Source of the DNA: a bacterium
Lineage (GTDB): Bacteria > Patescibacteriota > Minisyncoccia > UBA6257 > GWB1-50-10
Direction of reading: 5' to 3'
Assembly (NCBI GenBank): GCA_002686365.1
Contig: NZBZ01000001.1
Location: 58,405 to 122,404, forward strand
DNA: 64,000 bases
Shown here in pieces: positions 9,533 through 19,846 of this stretch. The number at the start of each line of letters is the position of its first letter. Position 1 is the first letter of the stretch. A model generated the notes under the pieces. It saw only the letters and a list, made by a program, of their open reading frames with translations, ran no database searches and was not told the origin of the DNA. Position numbers and translations under genes: made by a program.

Positions 9533-10042
9533 TCAGTCTGGACAGCGAAGATCGTCTGCGCGATGTGTTTCTGCGACTTCGTCGAGCATTCCGTCGCATT
9601 CTTTCTGTATCCTGCGCGCGGCGCAGCATGCACCTGCTTGCCAGTTTAGAAGCTCGTTGTCGCTTGGCCGTTTTCGACGTACCAGTATGTGTTTGCGGGC
9701 GTTTTGGGCCCATTCCGGCGCGTTTTCCTTCGCGTATCGTTCTGTCCGGCACCATCTTCCCCAATCACTGAGTGATCCATTGGAGAAGACTGCGACATTC
9801 CACATTCGGTCCGTTGGCCCCTCGATGTCGGAGAGTAATTGTACAGCGCGTCCTCTGTTTTCCAGCTCACGGACGAAGTCGACTGCCGCGCGATCCTCTT
9901 CTCGAGCTACGAAGACGACTGGCACGTTTTCGCGCTTACGCTGGTCTGGGGGGTTGGATCTGTATGCAGGGAATTCTTCGCACGGCCAGTCTGGATCGGG
10001 TATGTCTTCGTGGTCGGGATTGTGTTCTGCGGTGGTGTTCAC
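9533..10042 (-). CDS. hypothetical protein, possible TIR/flavodoxin-like fold
   Basis: The stretch VVFVAREEDRAAVDFVRELENRGRAVQLL fits a beta-alpha-beta start like TIR-like domains, which is only suggestive. It lies in a GC-rich island. Confidence 0.25.
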   Translation of the reverse strand: MNTTAEHNPDHEDIPDPDWPCEEFPAYRSNPPDQRKRENVPVVFVAREEDRAAVDFVRELENRGRAVQLLSDIEGPTDRMWNVAVFSNGSLSDWGRWCRTERYAKENAPEWAQNARKHILVRRKRPSDNELLNWQAGACCAARRIQKECDGMLDEVAETHRADDLRCPD

Positions 10043-10074
10043 ACACGGATTCCTTTGTTGGGAGGGGTTGGGGC

Positions 10075-10320
10075 TCAGGAGGCGAAGACGACGTCTTGAG
10101 TTACATAGAAGTCGGTGATGGGATCGAGTGCTGGTTTGCTGACCTTTTTCGGCCTAGGCGGTCTGGCCTCTGGCAGGCCCATTTCACGCCTTAGGGCATG
10201 CCAGCGTTCCCTGAGGCCACGCCTCTTTTTGGGGTCGAGTCCCATCCTCTCAAGCTGTTTTGTGATCCACGCGAGTTCTTCCTTGGGCGTTATCTTGCGC
10301 TCGGCTCCTGTATTAGTCAC
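10075..10320 (-). CDS. small basic hypothetical protein
   Basis: 81-aa Arg/Lys-rich ORF in a GC-rich island. Support is weak. Confidence 0.2.
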   Translation of the reverse strand: MTNTGAERKITPKEELAWITKQLERMGLDPKKRRGLRERWHALRREMGLPEARPPRPKKVSKPALDPITDFYVTQDVVFAS

Positions 10321-10722
10321 TCTCTTCCTCCTGTTCTGGTGACAGACATTTCTTGGTATCTGAACCGCTCGTCTTGTCGCGAGGAAGGTCGGAATGTCTT
10401 TCGCCCTGTGCTCGGGAGAATTGGCAGTGTTCTCCGTTTGGGTTTTGTAAAGAGCGTTGGTTTCTGTCTACGTTCGGCACTTTGTCACGTTGACCAGGTG
10501 CCAAGTTAAACAAAAACGCCTCCCGATTGGGAGGTCTGCAGCATTATTTATTATGTTTAAGCTATATATGCAAAACTCCCAACCGTTTGAAGGTCTTCTT
10601 TTCTATCTTGATGACAATAAGACAGAGAGTTTTTTGCATTTGTTTTATTTTAATATTTTTTGTTTTTTTGTCAATTTTCTGCCTGTGGATAAGAGTTAGG
10701 GACAAGGTTTTTGTGTGTGTGC

Positions 10723-10772
10723 ATTTATGTACACTCTTAATGCGACCGCATCATGAGTGTACATATGTAATT
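10723..10772. repeat. TGTACAC palindromic repeat, copy A
   Basis: ATTTATGTACACTC-ttaatgcgaccgcatcat-GAGTGTACATATG. Confidence 0.5.
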
Positions 10773-10773
10773 T

Positions 10774-10805
10774 AAAAAAAGCACGCCTTTGCGGGGGCGT
10801 GCGTG
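10774..10805 (-). terminator. intrinsic terminator
   Basis: GCACGCC-loop-GGCGTGC stem, followed by a T7 run on the minus strand. Confidence 0.65.
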
Positions 10806-10834
10806 TGATGTAGCCTCTTTTGTGCTGCTTGGTT

Positions 10835-11035
10835 TTATCGCTGCCTTTCTAGCCTTCTCCTTTCTTTAGGCATTAGAGTGCTTTCTAGCTTTCTTAGTCG
10901 ATCTCTTCGCTTTGCGATTTCGTGCTGAGACATGTTCTCGCGTATCTGGGGGGTTTCCAGCTTACGGCGAAGAGATTCTGCTTCGACTTCGTAATTGTCG
11001 AGGCGGCGTTGAGTTAGGTCTAAGTGGGTTTCCAC
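10835..11035 (-). CDS. small coiled-coil hypothetical protein
   Basis: 66 aa, charged and helical. A clean intrinsic terminator follows immediately on the minus strand at 10774-10805. Confidence 0.3.
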   Translation of the reverse strand: METHLDLTQRRLDNYEVEAESLRRKLETPQIRENMSQHEIAKRRDRLRKLESTLMPKERRRLERQR

Positions 11036-11362
11036 AGCGATGTTCCCTGTTATTGTGTCGCATTTCGAGTCAGGAATGCGACTGGTTGAGAATGTGCGAA
11101 ATGACTGCTTTTGACCCGAACGCTGATCATTGTCTTGAGCAGTGTTCGAATTAAAAACGCCCCTTGCTGGGGGTTTTGAGTTCTTGTGTTATTTATTTAG
11201 ATGCTCAAAATCTCCAGCAGAAGGGTTGTGATGGTGCCGGCATTGCTGGAACAACTAGTGTGATGAGAGTTTTTAATTTCATTGTTAATCTTATTTTAGC
11301 CTTATCTTTTTTCTTGTCAATTATGACATGTGGATAGAGTTGAATTATAATGGTGGTGACTT

Positions 11363-14300
11363 ATGACTTCAAAATTTGTCCATCTTCATACCCATAGTCA
11401 CTATTCCCTTTTAGATGGGCTTTCTAAGGTTCCAGAACTTGTGGCGCAGGCAAAGGAGCTTGGCATGGATGCAGTAGCTTTAACTGATCATGGAAATTTA
11501 TATGGAGCAGTTGAGTTTTATAAAGCAGCAAAAGAGGCGGGAATAAAACCTATCTTTGGGTGTGAGTTGTATCTTACTCCCGGAAGTAGGCATGATAAGC
11601 GAGCAAAGATTGATGATACTCGCTATCACTTGCCCTTGCTTGTAAAGAATGAGACTGGCTGGAAGAACTTACTTCAGCTTGTGACTAGGGCACACTTGGA
11701 AGGATTCTATTATAAGCCGCGGGTGGATAAGGAGCTTTTGGAAAAGCATCACGAGGGTTTAGTTTGTCTTGGCGGATGTCTTTCTGGTGAGGTGTCAAAG
11801 CTCATTGAGCTTGGAAGAGAGGCAGAGGCAGAGGAGGCGCTTAAGTTTTATCAATCTCTTTTTGGAGAGGATTATTACTTTGAGATTCAGCCGCATAATG
11901 AAAAGGAAATAAATGAGAAGCTTATTGCGTTTGCGAACAAGCATTCACTTCAAATTGTTGCTACTTGTGATGCTCATTATATACATAAGGATGATAAGGC
12001 TGCGCATGAGATTCTTTTAGCAGTACAGACTGGCACGAAGGTAGATGATGAGAAGCGACTTACTTTGGAGGACATGGATCTTCATTTGAAGTCAGGAGAT
12101 GAGGTTGCCGCAGAGTTTCCTCAAATGCCTGAGGCATTAGAGAATACTGTGAAAGTTGCGGACAAGTGTAATTTTGAACTTGAGCTTGATAAGGTGCTTC
12201 TTCCCAAATTTCCTATTCCAGAGCAAGGAATGGATGCAATGGGATATTTGTGGAAGCTTGTGGAGGAACGGGTGCCGGAGAGATTTTCTGAAGTTTCTGA
12301 TGAAGTTCAAGAGCGGCTCAAGATGGAATTGGACGTTATTTCAAAAACCGGGTATGAGGATTACTTCTTGATTGTTCAGGATTTTATTCGGTGGGCAAAG
12401 CTTCATGGCATTGTTGTGGGGCCGGGCAGAGGATCTGCTGCAGGAAGTATGGTTTCTTATGTGTTAGGTATTACAAATATCGATCCTTTGAAGTACGACT
12501 TGCTTTTTGAACGATTTTTGAATCCAGAGCGTATTCAGATGCCTGATATTGATATTGATTTTACTGATGTACGAAGAGATGAGGTAATTTCCTATGTGCG
12601 GGAGAAGTATGGTAGTGACGCAGTTGCTCAAATTATTACGTTTGGAACTATGGCTGCTCGGGCTGCTGTTCGAGATACTACCCGGGCCCTTGGAATTTCG
12701 TATGACGTTGGAGACAGGATTGCTAAGCTCATCCCCTTTAATGCGGGACTTGAGGATGCATTTCAGGATGTTCCTGAATTGAAGCAGATGTATGAACGTG
12801 ATGAAGAGGTAAAGAAGGTTATTGATCAGGCAAAGCGTTTGGAAGGCACTGTGCGTCATGCGTCTGTTCATGCATGCGGAATTGTGATTGCGCCGGAGCC
12901 ATTGGTTAATATGCTGCCTCTGCAGTACGCGCCCCAAGGCGATAAGACAGTTCTTACGCAGTTTGAGATGCATGGCGTTGAGGACATGGGCTTGCTTAAG
13001 ATGGACTTTTTGGGGCTCAAGAACTTGACCATTATTGAGCGTACCCTTCGACTTATTAAGGAGCTGCGTGGAGAGGAAATAAATATGGATACATTGCCGC
13101 TTGACGACAAGAAGACGTTTGAGCTTTTTCGATCTGGGGATACGACTGGGGTATTTCAGCTTGAGTCGTCAGGCATGAGGCGGTATTTGAAGGAGCTAAA
13201 GCCTACGGAGCTTGAGGACATTATTGCAATGATAGCTTTATATCGGCCGGGGCCCATGGAACTTATTCCATCTTATATTCGGCGTAAGCATGGGAAGGAG
13301 GAGGTTACTTATTTGCATCCGAAGCTTGAGCCGATTTTGGGCAATACGTATGGCATTGGTATTTATCAGGAGCAGATGATGAGAATTGCGCGTGATTTGG
13401 CAGGATATAGTTTGGGCGAGGGTGATGTTCTTCGGAAAGCAATTGGAAAGAAAATTAAGTCGCTTTTGGATGAACAGCAGGAAAAGATTGTAAAGCAGAT
13501 GATTGAAAATGGAATTGACGAAAAGACAGCAAATGAGATTTGGGAGCTCTTTCCCCCATTTGCTCGGTATGGATTTAACCGGAGTCATAGTGCGGCCTAC
13601 GCTATGATTAGTTTTCAGACCGCGTATTTGAAGGCTAACTACCCTGTAGAGTTTGCAACTAGTCTGCTTAATGTATCTGGAAGTGATGTGGAGCGGATTA
13701 CGTTTTTGGTTTCTGAGGTGCGGCGGCTTGGGATTGAGGTTTTGGCTCCGGATGTGAATCAGAGTTTTGAAGACTTTGCAGTGGATTCTTCAGGCGAAAA
13801 GCCGGCTATTCGGTTTGGGCTTTTTAAGGTGAAGAATTTGGGCGTGAATATTGTGAATGAGATTATTGAGAATCGTCGGCGAGGCGGGCCGTATAAGGAC
13901 TTGGGAGATTTTTTGGCGCGGGTTCAGCATAGAGATATGAATAAGAAGTCTTTGGATAGTTTGATTAAATGCGGGGCATTAAGTTCATTTAATATTCGGC
14001 GGAGTCAGCTTATTGGAAATTTGGATGAGTTCCTAAGGTTTAATCAGGCAGCAAAGAAACTTTCTTCCAGTAATCAGAATGGACTTTTTGGAAATAGTAT
14101 TCCCTCTACTTCTTTGAAGCTTAAAGAAGTTGAGGACTATGGAACTATTAAGATTTTGGCTTGGGAAAAGGAGCTTTTGGGTCTGTATCTTACTGATCAT
14201 CCATTTCGTCCTTATTTGAAGCATGAGAAGGTGAAGAAGCTTGCTATGTCTATACAAGATGTGCGTGAAGTGCCTTTGAGACGGGGCAGGTCTGATAGAA

Positions 14301-14548
14301 TTGTGATTGCTGGAATTATTACAACATTGCAGAAGATTTTGACAAAGAATGGAGATCCTATGATTTTTGTTACGATTGAGGATCATACGGACTCTATAGA
14401 GTGTTTGGTATTTTCAGATCTTTTGGAGCAGTCAAAGGGTGTGTGGGTAGAAGGAACTGCGATTATTACGCGTGGGAGGATGTCTGCGAGGAATGGAGAG
14501 GCAAAGTTTATTTGTGAGGAAGTGCGGGAGCTTAGTGCAGAAAAGTAA
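11363..14548 (+). CDS. dnaE: DNA polymerase III alpha subunit
   Basis: PHP domain HLHTHSHYSLLDG, polymerase core, and a C-terminal OB region. 1061 aa. Confidence 0.95.
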   Translation: MTSKFVHLHTHSHYSLLDGLSKVPELVAQAKELGMDAVALTDHGNLYGAVEFYKAAKEAGIKPIFGCELYLTPGSRHDKRAKIDDTRYHLPLLVKNETGWKNLLQLVTRAHLEGFYYKPRVDKELLEKHHEGLVCLGGCLSGEVSKLIELGREAEAEEALKFYQSLFGEDYYFEIQPHNEKEINEKLIAFANKHSLQIVATCDAHYIHKDDKAAHEILLAVQTGTKVDDEKRLTLEDMDLHLKSGDEVAAEFPQMPEALENTVKVADKCNFELELDKVLLPKFPIPEQGMDAMGYLWKLVEERVPERFSEVSDEVQERLKMELDVISKTGYEDYFLIVQDFIRWAKLHGIVVGPGRGSAAGSMVSYVLGITNIDPLKYDLLFERFLNPERIQMPDIDIDFTDVRRDEVISYVREKYGSDAVAQIITFGTMAARAAVRDTTRALGISYDVGDRIAKLIPFNAGLEDAFQDVPELKQMYERDEEVKKVIDQAKRLEGTVRHASVHACGIVIAPEPLVNMLPLQYAPQGDKTVLTQFEMHGVEDMGLLKMDFLGLKNLTIIERTLRLIKELRGEEINMDTLPLDDKKTFELFRSGDTTGVFQLESSGMRRYLKELKPTELEDIIAMIALYRPGPMELIPSYIRRKHGKEEVTYLHPKLEPILGNTYGIGIYQEQMMRIARDLAGYSLGEGDVLRKAIGKKIKSLLDEQQEKIVKQMIENGIDEKTANEIWELFPPFARYGFNRSHSAAYAMISFQTAYLKANYPVEFATSLLNVSGSDVERITFLVSEVRRLGIEVLAPDVNQSFEDFAVDSSGEKPAIRFGLFKVKNLGVNIVNEIIENRRRGGPYKDLGDFLARVQHRDMNKKSLDSLIKCGALSSFNIRRSQLIGNLDEFLRFNQAAKKLSSSNQNGLFGNSIPSTSLKLKEVEDYGTIKILAWEKELLGLYLTDHPFRPYLKHEKVKKLAMSIQDVREVPLRRGRSDRIVIAGIITTLQKILTKNGDPMIFVTIEDHTDSIECLVFSDLLEQSKGVWVEGTAIITRGRMSARNGEAKFICEEVRELSAEK

Positions 14549-14575
14549 ATATATTTTCCTCATTCACAAGTCTCC

Positions 14576-14674
14576 GCGTATTGTAATTCTTTACTCGCTC
14601 ATTACGCTCATTTCCCACCCTGCTTCGCGGGTACCCGGTGAATGAGCTATTTGCTCGTAGAATTACTAATACGC
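14576..14674. other. imperfect long inverted repeat downstream of dnaE
   Basis: GCGTATTGTAATTCT...CTCGCTCATT // AATGAGC...AGAATTACTAATACGC flanking CCCACCCTGCTTCGCGGGTACCCGGTG. Confidence 0.3.
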
Positions 14675-15505
14675 TTTGACACGTTCATTGCGGAAAATAT
14701 CTTTACTTTTTGGAGTATGTTGTTTGCACTTCCATATGGGGTTATGGGTTGAGTTATAATTGAAATCCCTCGTCGCCATAGCTTCTCGGGACACTCAATT
14801 TCGTAGCTTCTCCGCCAGTTGGCGGATCAGACGAAATTGGTGGGTGGAGGGGGTCTGTAGGTACTTTATTCGATGCACTGCATCGAATAAAGGGCATAAA
14901 AAAAGACCGGCAAGCGTGTTGCTTTGCCGGGGTTGCGATACGGCTCCGTTGGGCTGACGGGCCGGCGACTATAGGAAGCGGAAGCGCGTTTTCATCGCGT
15001 TCCTCCTTTGTTGTAGGTCGACTCGGCTTGGACGTTGATTGTCATCAGAAGACGAAGAACGACGAGAGTGCGATGGCCGACATGGGAAGTGCCCAGGACA
15101 ATCTGAGTAGGAAGAAGGTCAGTCCTCCCTCTTTTTTCATGACAGCTCCATGGAGGTTAAGGCCTCGGTTGTCAGGCGTTCATCAGCGTGTGGAGTCCTA
15201 AGACCAGAGCGGGCGCCAACGCTCCTGCGAAGACTTTGAATCGGTTCCTGTATGCCCATCTGAGCAGTCTCATCAATGCGTTCCTTATGGGTTGTAGAAA
15301 AGGGGCCCGTCGAGGCGCGTGACAAGCGCCGCGAGCTCGTATGGGCCCGCTGCCGGGAAGTTAGAGGCTCTAAACAAGAGGGCTGTCCGCCCTAGCCATA
15401 AGAAGTCAATCCCTCTTGTTTCAACCTATTTTCATAGTATCATATTTTGTGATTGTGTCACGATGGGTTTTAGAAGTTTCATATAGCGTGTATAATCGTA
15501 TATGT

Positions 15506-16726
15506 ATGTCAAAAAAGGAAAAAGTAGATCATAAGATTTTAGGTCGGGAGTTGGATTTATTTGCTTTTTCAGGCCTTATTGGATCTGGACTTCCTCTCTG
15601 GACACCTAAGGGCGCGATTTTGTCGCGTCTTTTAGATGATTTTGTGTGGGAACTTCGAAAGAAGCGAGGGTACGCTCGGGTTGATATTCCCTACATTACG
15701 AAAAAGGATTTATTTGTGAAGAGTGGGCATTGGGATAAGTTTAAGGATGAACTTTTTAAGATGAAGAGTCGGGATGGACATGTATTTGCTTTAAAGCCAA
15801 TGAACTGTCCGTTTCATACTCAGATTTATGATCGGCGTCCGCATAGTTATCGTGAACTCCCACAGCGGTACTCGAATACTACACAAATGTATCGTGATGA
15901 GCAGACAGGTGAGCTTCAGGGACTTTCTCGTGTTCGAGGAATAACTATTGATGATGCTCATGTGTTTTGTCGTGATAATCAGGTTGTAGAGGAGGCAGAT
16001 AAGATTTGGGACATTATTGAAGAGTTTTACGGCGCGTTTGACTTCCCTCTTGATATTCGTCTTTCTTTTCATGATCCAAAAGAGATGGATAAGTATATTG
16101 GAGACGAGGAAGTGTGGAAAAGAGCAGAAGATGAGCTTCGGAAGCTTGTAAAGAGTAGAAAGGTGAAAGCTCCTGAAGTTCTTGGCGAGGCAGCGTTTTA
16201 TGGACCAAAGATTGATTTTGTGAGTAAGGATTCTTTGGGTCGGGAGTGGCAGGTTGCAACAATTCAGCTTGATATGAATTTACCGGAGCGATTTGATTTA
16301 ACCTGCGTGAATGAAAAGGGTGAGAATGAGCAGATTGTGATGCTTCATGCTGCTATCATGGGGTCTATTGAGCGATTCTTGGCAGTTCTTATTGAGCATT
16401 ATGTGGGAGCATTTCCTTTATGGCTTGCGCCAGTTCAGGTTGCAGTGTTGCCCATCTCAAAGAAGCAGAAGGCATATGCTTCTTCTGTTTTGTCTGAGCT
16501 TGAAGATGCTGGAGTTCGTGTGGAAGCACATGACTCAAATGAGACAATTGGAAAGCGTATTCGGGAGGCGGAAACTCAAAAGATTCCATATATTTTTGTT
16601 GTTGGCGATAAGGAGAAGGCAGTAAAATCTGTTGCAGTTCGGAAACATGGAAAGGGTGATTTAGGCGTGAAGAAGCTAAAGACATTTATCCCCACTATTT
16701 TAAAAGAAATTGAACTTAAGAAATAA
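15506..16726 (+). CDS. thrS: threonyl-tRNA synthetase, N-terminally truncated form (catalytic + anticodon-binding domains only)
   Basis: HWDKFKDELF...ALKPMNCPFHTQIY matches the ThrRS class II core. The editing/TGS domains are missing. The ORF track starts at 15416, and the likely start is the MSKKEK at 15506. Confidence 0.8.
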   Translation: MSKKEKVDHKILGRELDLFAFSGLIGSGLPLWTPKGAILSRLLDDFVWELRKKRGYARVDIPYITKKDLFVKSGHWDKFKDELFKMKSRDGHVFALKPMNCPFHTQIYDRRPHSYRELPQRYSNTTQMYRDEQTGELQGLSRVRGITIDDAHVFCRDNQVVEEADKIWDIIEEFYGAFDFPLDIRLSFHDPKEMDKYIGDEEVWKRAEDELRKLVKSRKVKAPEVLGEAAFYGPKIDFVSKDSLGREWQVATIQLDMNLPERFDLTCVNEKGENEQIVMLHAAIMGSIERFLAVLIEHYVGAFPLWLAPVQVAVLPISKKQKAYASSVLSELEDAGVRVEAHDSNETIGKRIREAETQKIPYIFVVGDKEKAVKSVAVRKHGKGDLGVKKLKTFIPTILKEIELKK

Positions 16727-17693
16727 AGTTCTTGTTATTGTTGGGCCAACCGCGTCTGGAAAGAGCGAGATGGCTGTAAAACTCGCCAAGAAATTTAATG
16801 GCGAGGTTATTTCTGCTGACTCTAGACAGGTGTATCGCGGAATGGATATTGGCACGGGTAAGGTGCCGATTTTGTTCGAGCCGCCAGTTGGCGGAGAGAA
16901 TACAAAATCGAGCATCCCGCCTCTTGGGCAGAGGGGCGGGGGTCCTATGTTTTATAAAGGCGTAAGGCATTACTTGATTAATGTAGCGTCACCCAAGAGG
17001 ACGTTTACAGTGGTTCAGTATCAGAGATTGGCTAAGAAAGCATTAAATAGGATTCTGAAGCGTGGGAAATTGCCCATAATCGCGGGTGGGACGGGTTTTT
17101 ATATTAATGCCTTGGTTCATGGTCAATCTTTTCCTCCTGTGTCTGCACAGCCAAAATTGAGGCGAGAGCTTGAGAAGTTGTTTTTGGAGGAGTTATTTGA
17201 ACGATTGGAGAAGATGGATCCGGACAGAGCTTCTGAAATTGATAAGAAAAATAAGCGGCGACTTATTCGAGCTTTGGAAGTTGTGACAGTGAGTGGTCAG
17301 TCTTCTAAAAAAATTAATGTTTGGAAGTCCGACTTCCAAGTATTGAAGGTGGGGATTTTGGTTGAGCAGGAGGAGTTGCGTAAGAGGATTGAAAAGAGGT
17401 TTGATGAGTGGATTAAGAATGGATTTTTGGATGAGGTTCGGAGTTTAAGGGAGCCCTTCGACTCTGCTCAGGGTAAAATGGGCTTGAGCTGGAAGAGGAT
17501 TGAAAGTTTTGGGCTGAATTATCGCGCGGCTGCGGAATATCTGCAGCAAAAAATCTCCAAGGAGGAGATGAAAGAGAAGTCTTTGAAAGAGATTTATAAG
17601 TATGCAAAGCGGCAGATGACGTGGTTTCGGAAAGATAAGAGTATTAAGTGGGTTCGTGCGTATGAAGATGTAGAGAAATTCGTAACTTTGTAA
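16710..17693 (+). CDS. miaA: tRNA dimethylallyltransferase
   Basis: VIVGPTASGKSEMAV...ISADSRQVYRGMDIGTGK. It contains a roughly 40-aa insertion. Confidence 0.85.
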   Translation: MNLRNKVLVIVGPTASGKSEMAVKLAKKFNGEVISADSRQVYRGMDIGTGKVPILFEPPVGGENTKSSIPPLGQRGGGPMFYKGVRHYLINVASPKRTFTVVQYQRLAKKALNRILKRGKLPIIAGGTGFYINALVHGQSFPPVSAQPKLRRELEKLFLEELFERLEKMDPDRASEIDKKNKRRLIRALEVVTVSGQSSKKINVWKSDFQVLKVGILVEQEELRKRIEKRFDEWIKNGFLDEVRSLREPFDSAQGKMGLSWKRIESFGLNYRAAAEYLQQKISKEEMKEKSLKEIYKYAKRQMTWFRKDKSIKWVRAYEDVEKFVTL

Positions 17694-17781
17694 AACGGGA
17701 AGGAGGTCACACACTAGGCGGACCTCCTCGTAACCATCCGTGATGGTTCCTGTTTTTGGGCTAGCGAGCGATTATTGTGCG

Positions 17782-18207
17782 CTAGCTAATGGTTGATGCG
17801 ATGACTGGTCTTTCGCATTGAGCGAGCGTTCCTTCCCACTCCTCTCTTCCTTCTGCGAGGCGTTTGGCTCCTGTCTCTCGTTGTTCCTCTGACCATGCGC
17901 CCAACTCGTGTTCTCGTTGCGCTCTCTCCATGCCCTCTGCCCAGACTGTGAGTGCATGGTTCACCAGAGATCGCAGCCCTCGTCTCGGCATCTTTACAAC
18001 GAGGATCCATCCCGAACTCGGATCCTTTCTGTTTAGGAATCTGGTTCCGATCGCGAAACCATGGTCGAGAAACCAGTCCTGTCTATCTCTGGTCAGGGCG
18101 GGCTGAAGCAGTTTCCAGAGGTGGGTCGTCATGGGTATCCCCCCATTATTTGAGTGACTTCTGGAATCATCGCAGGATGTTAATCGTAACCTGCTTTGTT
18201 TATACAC
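17782..18207 (-). CDS. hypothetical protein (GC-rich island 3)
   Basis: 141-aa ORF in a 500-bp GC-rich patch. No family was recognised. Confidence 0.3.
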   Translation of the reverse strand: MYKQSRLRLTSCDDSRSHSNNGGIPMTTHLWKLLQPALTRDRQDWFLDHGFAIGTRFLNRKDPSSGWILVVKMPRRGLRSLVNHALTVWAEGMERAQREHELGAWSEEQRETGAKRLAEGREEWEGTLAQCERPVIASTIS

Positions 18208-18364
18208 TATCTGGGTTGATTTGTCAATTCCTCACATAAATTCAGAAGATTTATGTGAGGGACAAGTCCTTTAAGTCTTTATTTAAGTTCTTTTTTGAGG
18301 AGTTCTGGCACACAAATAAGCACGAATTTGACGTACTAATTACACGAATGACGAATGTATTAAG

Positions 18365-19795
18365 TTACGAGAGCTCCTTTTTTAGAATTTTTTGAATACG
18401 TTGAGGATTACCCTGGCCCTTGAGCTCTTTCATTGTTTGGCCGATTAGGAATTTTAGTGTGTTCTCATTACCGCCTTTGTAGTCTTTTACTGCCTGCTCA
18501 TTCTCCCCTATTACTTTTTGTATGACTTTTAGAATTGCATCTTCGTCAGAAACCTGCTCTATTCCTTCCTTATCCATTATTGCTCTTGGGTCTTCACCGG
18601 TTTCAGCCATTTTTGGAAGAATATCTTTTACCATGCGTGAGGAGAGTTCGCCTTTTGAAGCTAGCGCAGCAAGGTCTGCAAAGTTTTCAGGATTTATTTT
18701 TAGATCTTCAAAAGAAATGTTCTTCTCTTTTAGAAGTCCAAAGAGGTCGGATGTGAGATAGTTGTAAATAAGAGAAGAACATTTTTTTGCATCTTCTGTT
18801 TTACATTCTGATACGGCCTGTTCATAGAACTCTGCAGCACGAGGCTCTGCAACAAGCGTATCAGCCTGCTTTTCGTTTAGCCCATACTCTGATTTGAAGC
18901 GGTCTCGTTTTGCCTGTGGAAGTTCTGGAAGCTCTCGAAAGAGAAGCTCTGTGTCAATGTAGTTTGGGTCAGTGAGATCGAGCTCTGGAAGATCTGGCTC
19001 TGGGAAGTAGCGGTAGTCATGCGCCTCCTCTTTGCTTCTTTGTGATACTGTTTTTTGTTTTTTTTCGTCCCATCCGCGAGTTTCCTGAACTATTTTATCT
19101 CCTCTTCCCAAAAGTTTTTCCTGTCTTTTGATTTCATCATTTATTGCATCTCCTACGATTTTGAAAGAGTTGAGGTTTTTAATCTCTACTTTTGTTCCTA
19201 ATGTTTTTTTATCCTTGCTAATGGAGATGTTTGCTTCTACGCGCATCTCTCCCTTTTCCATGTCTGCATTTGAGACTCTTAGATATCGGAGGGTGAGCTG
19301 AAGTTCTTTTGCAAATTCCATGGCCTGTTTTCCATTTTTGATGTCCGGCTCTGTTACGAGCTCCATTAAGGGTACGCCTGCGCGGTTTAAGTCAACATTG
19401 CTTGATTTTTTATCTTTGGCGTGAAGAAGTTTACCGGTGTCCTCTTCGAGATGGACTCGGGTGATGCGGACATCTTTTAACATTCCGCCTTCAACTAGCG
19501 GGCTTTTGTATTGAGAAATTTGGTATCCCTTTGGCAAATCAGGGTAAAAATAGCTTTTTCTATCAAAATGAGAAAGGTCAGCAATTTTTCCATTTAAGGC
19601 AAGGCCGAGTTTTATTGTTGCCTCCACGGCCTCTTTGTTTATTGTTGGTAGGGTGCCGGGGTGGGCAAGGCAGATTGGGCAAACATTTGCGTTTGGTTTT
19701 GCTTTAAAAGGATCGTTTGCACAGCCGCAAAACATCTTTGTTTTTGTTTTTGGCTCGATATGGATTTCGAGTCCGATTGTTGGAATATAGGCCAT
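18365..19795 (-). CDS. gatB: Asp/Glu-tRNA(Asn/Gln) amidotransferase subunit B
   Basis: N-terminus PTIGLEIHIE...FCGC; the whole 476 aa is GatB-like. Confidence 0.9.
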   Translation of the reverse strand: MAYIPTIGLEIHIEPKTKTKMFCGCANDPFKAKPNANVCPICLAHPGTLPTINKEAVEATIKLGLALNGKIADLSHFDRKSYFYPDLPKGYQISQYKSPLVEGGMLKDVRITRVHLEEDTGKLLHAKDKKSSNVDLNRAGVPLMELVTEPDIKNGKQAMEFAKELQLTLRYLRVSNADMEKGEMRVEANISISKDKKTLGTKVEIKNLNSFKIVGDAINDEIKRQEKLLGRGDKIVQETRGWDEKKQKTVSQRSKEEAHDYRYFPEPDLPELDLTDPNYIDTELLFRELPELPQAKRDRFKSEYGLNEKQADTLVAEPRAAEFYEQAVSECKTEDAKKCSSLIYNYLTSDLFGLLKEKNISFEDLKINPENFADLAALASKGELSSRMVKDILPKMAETGEDPRAIMDKEGIEQVSDEDAILKVIQKVIGENEQAVKDYKGGNENTLKFLIGQTMKELKGQGNPQRIQKILKKELS

Positions 19796-19846
19796 AAGAC
19801 TTAGGACATAAGATATAGGATTATGATATACGAATTATGAATCCTT

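Noticed and set aside
9420-9764. 114-aa Arg/Ser-rich ORF
   Set aside because: It overlaps the 9533-10042 ORF in a different frame and has low complexity. Likely a chance ORF in GC-rich sequence.
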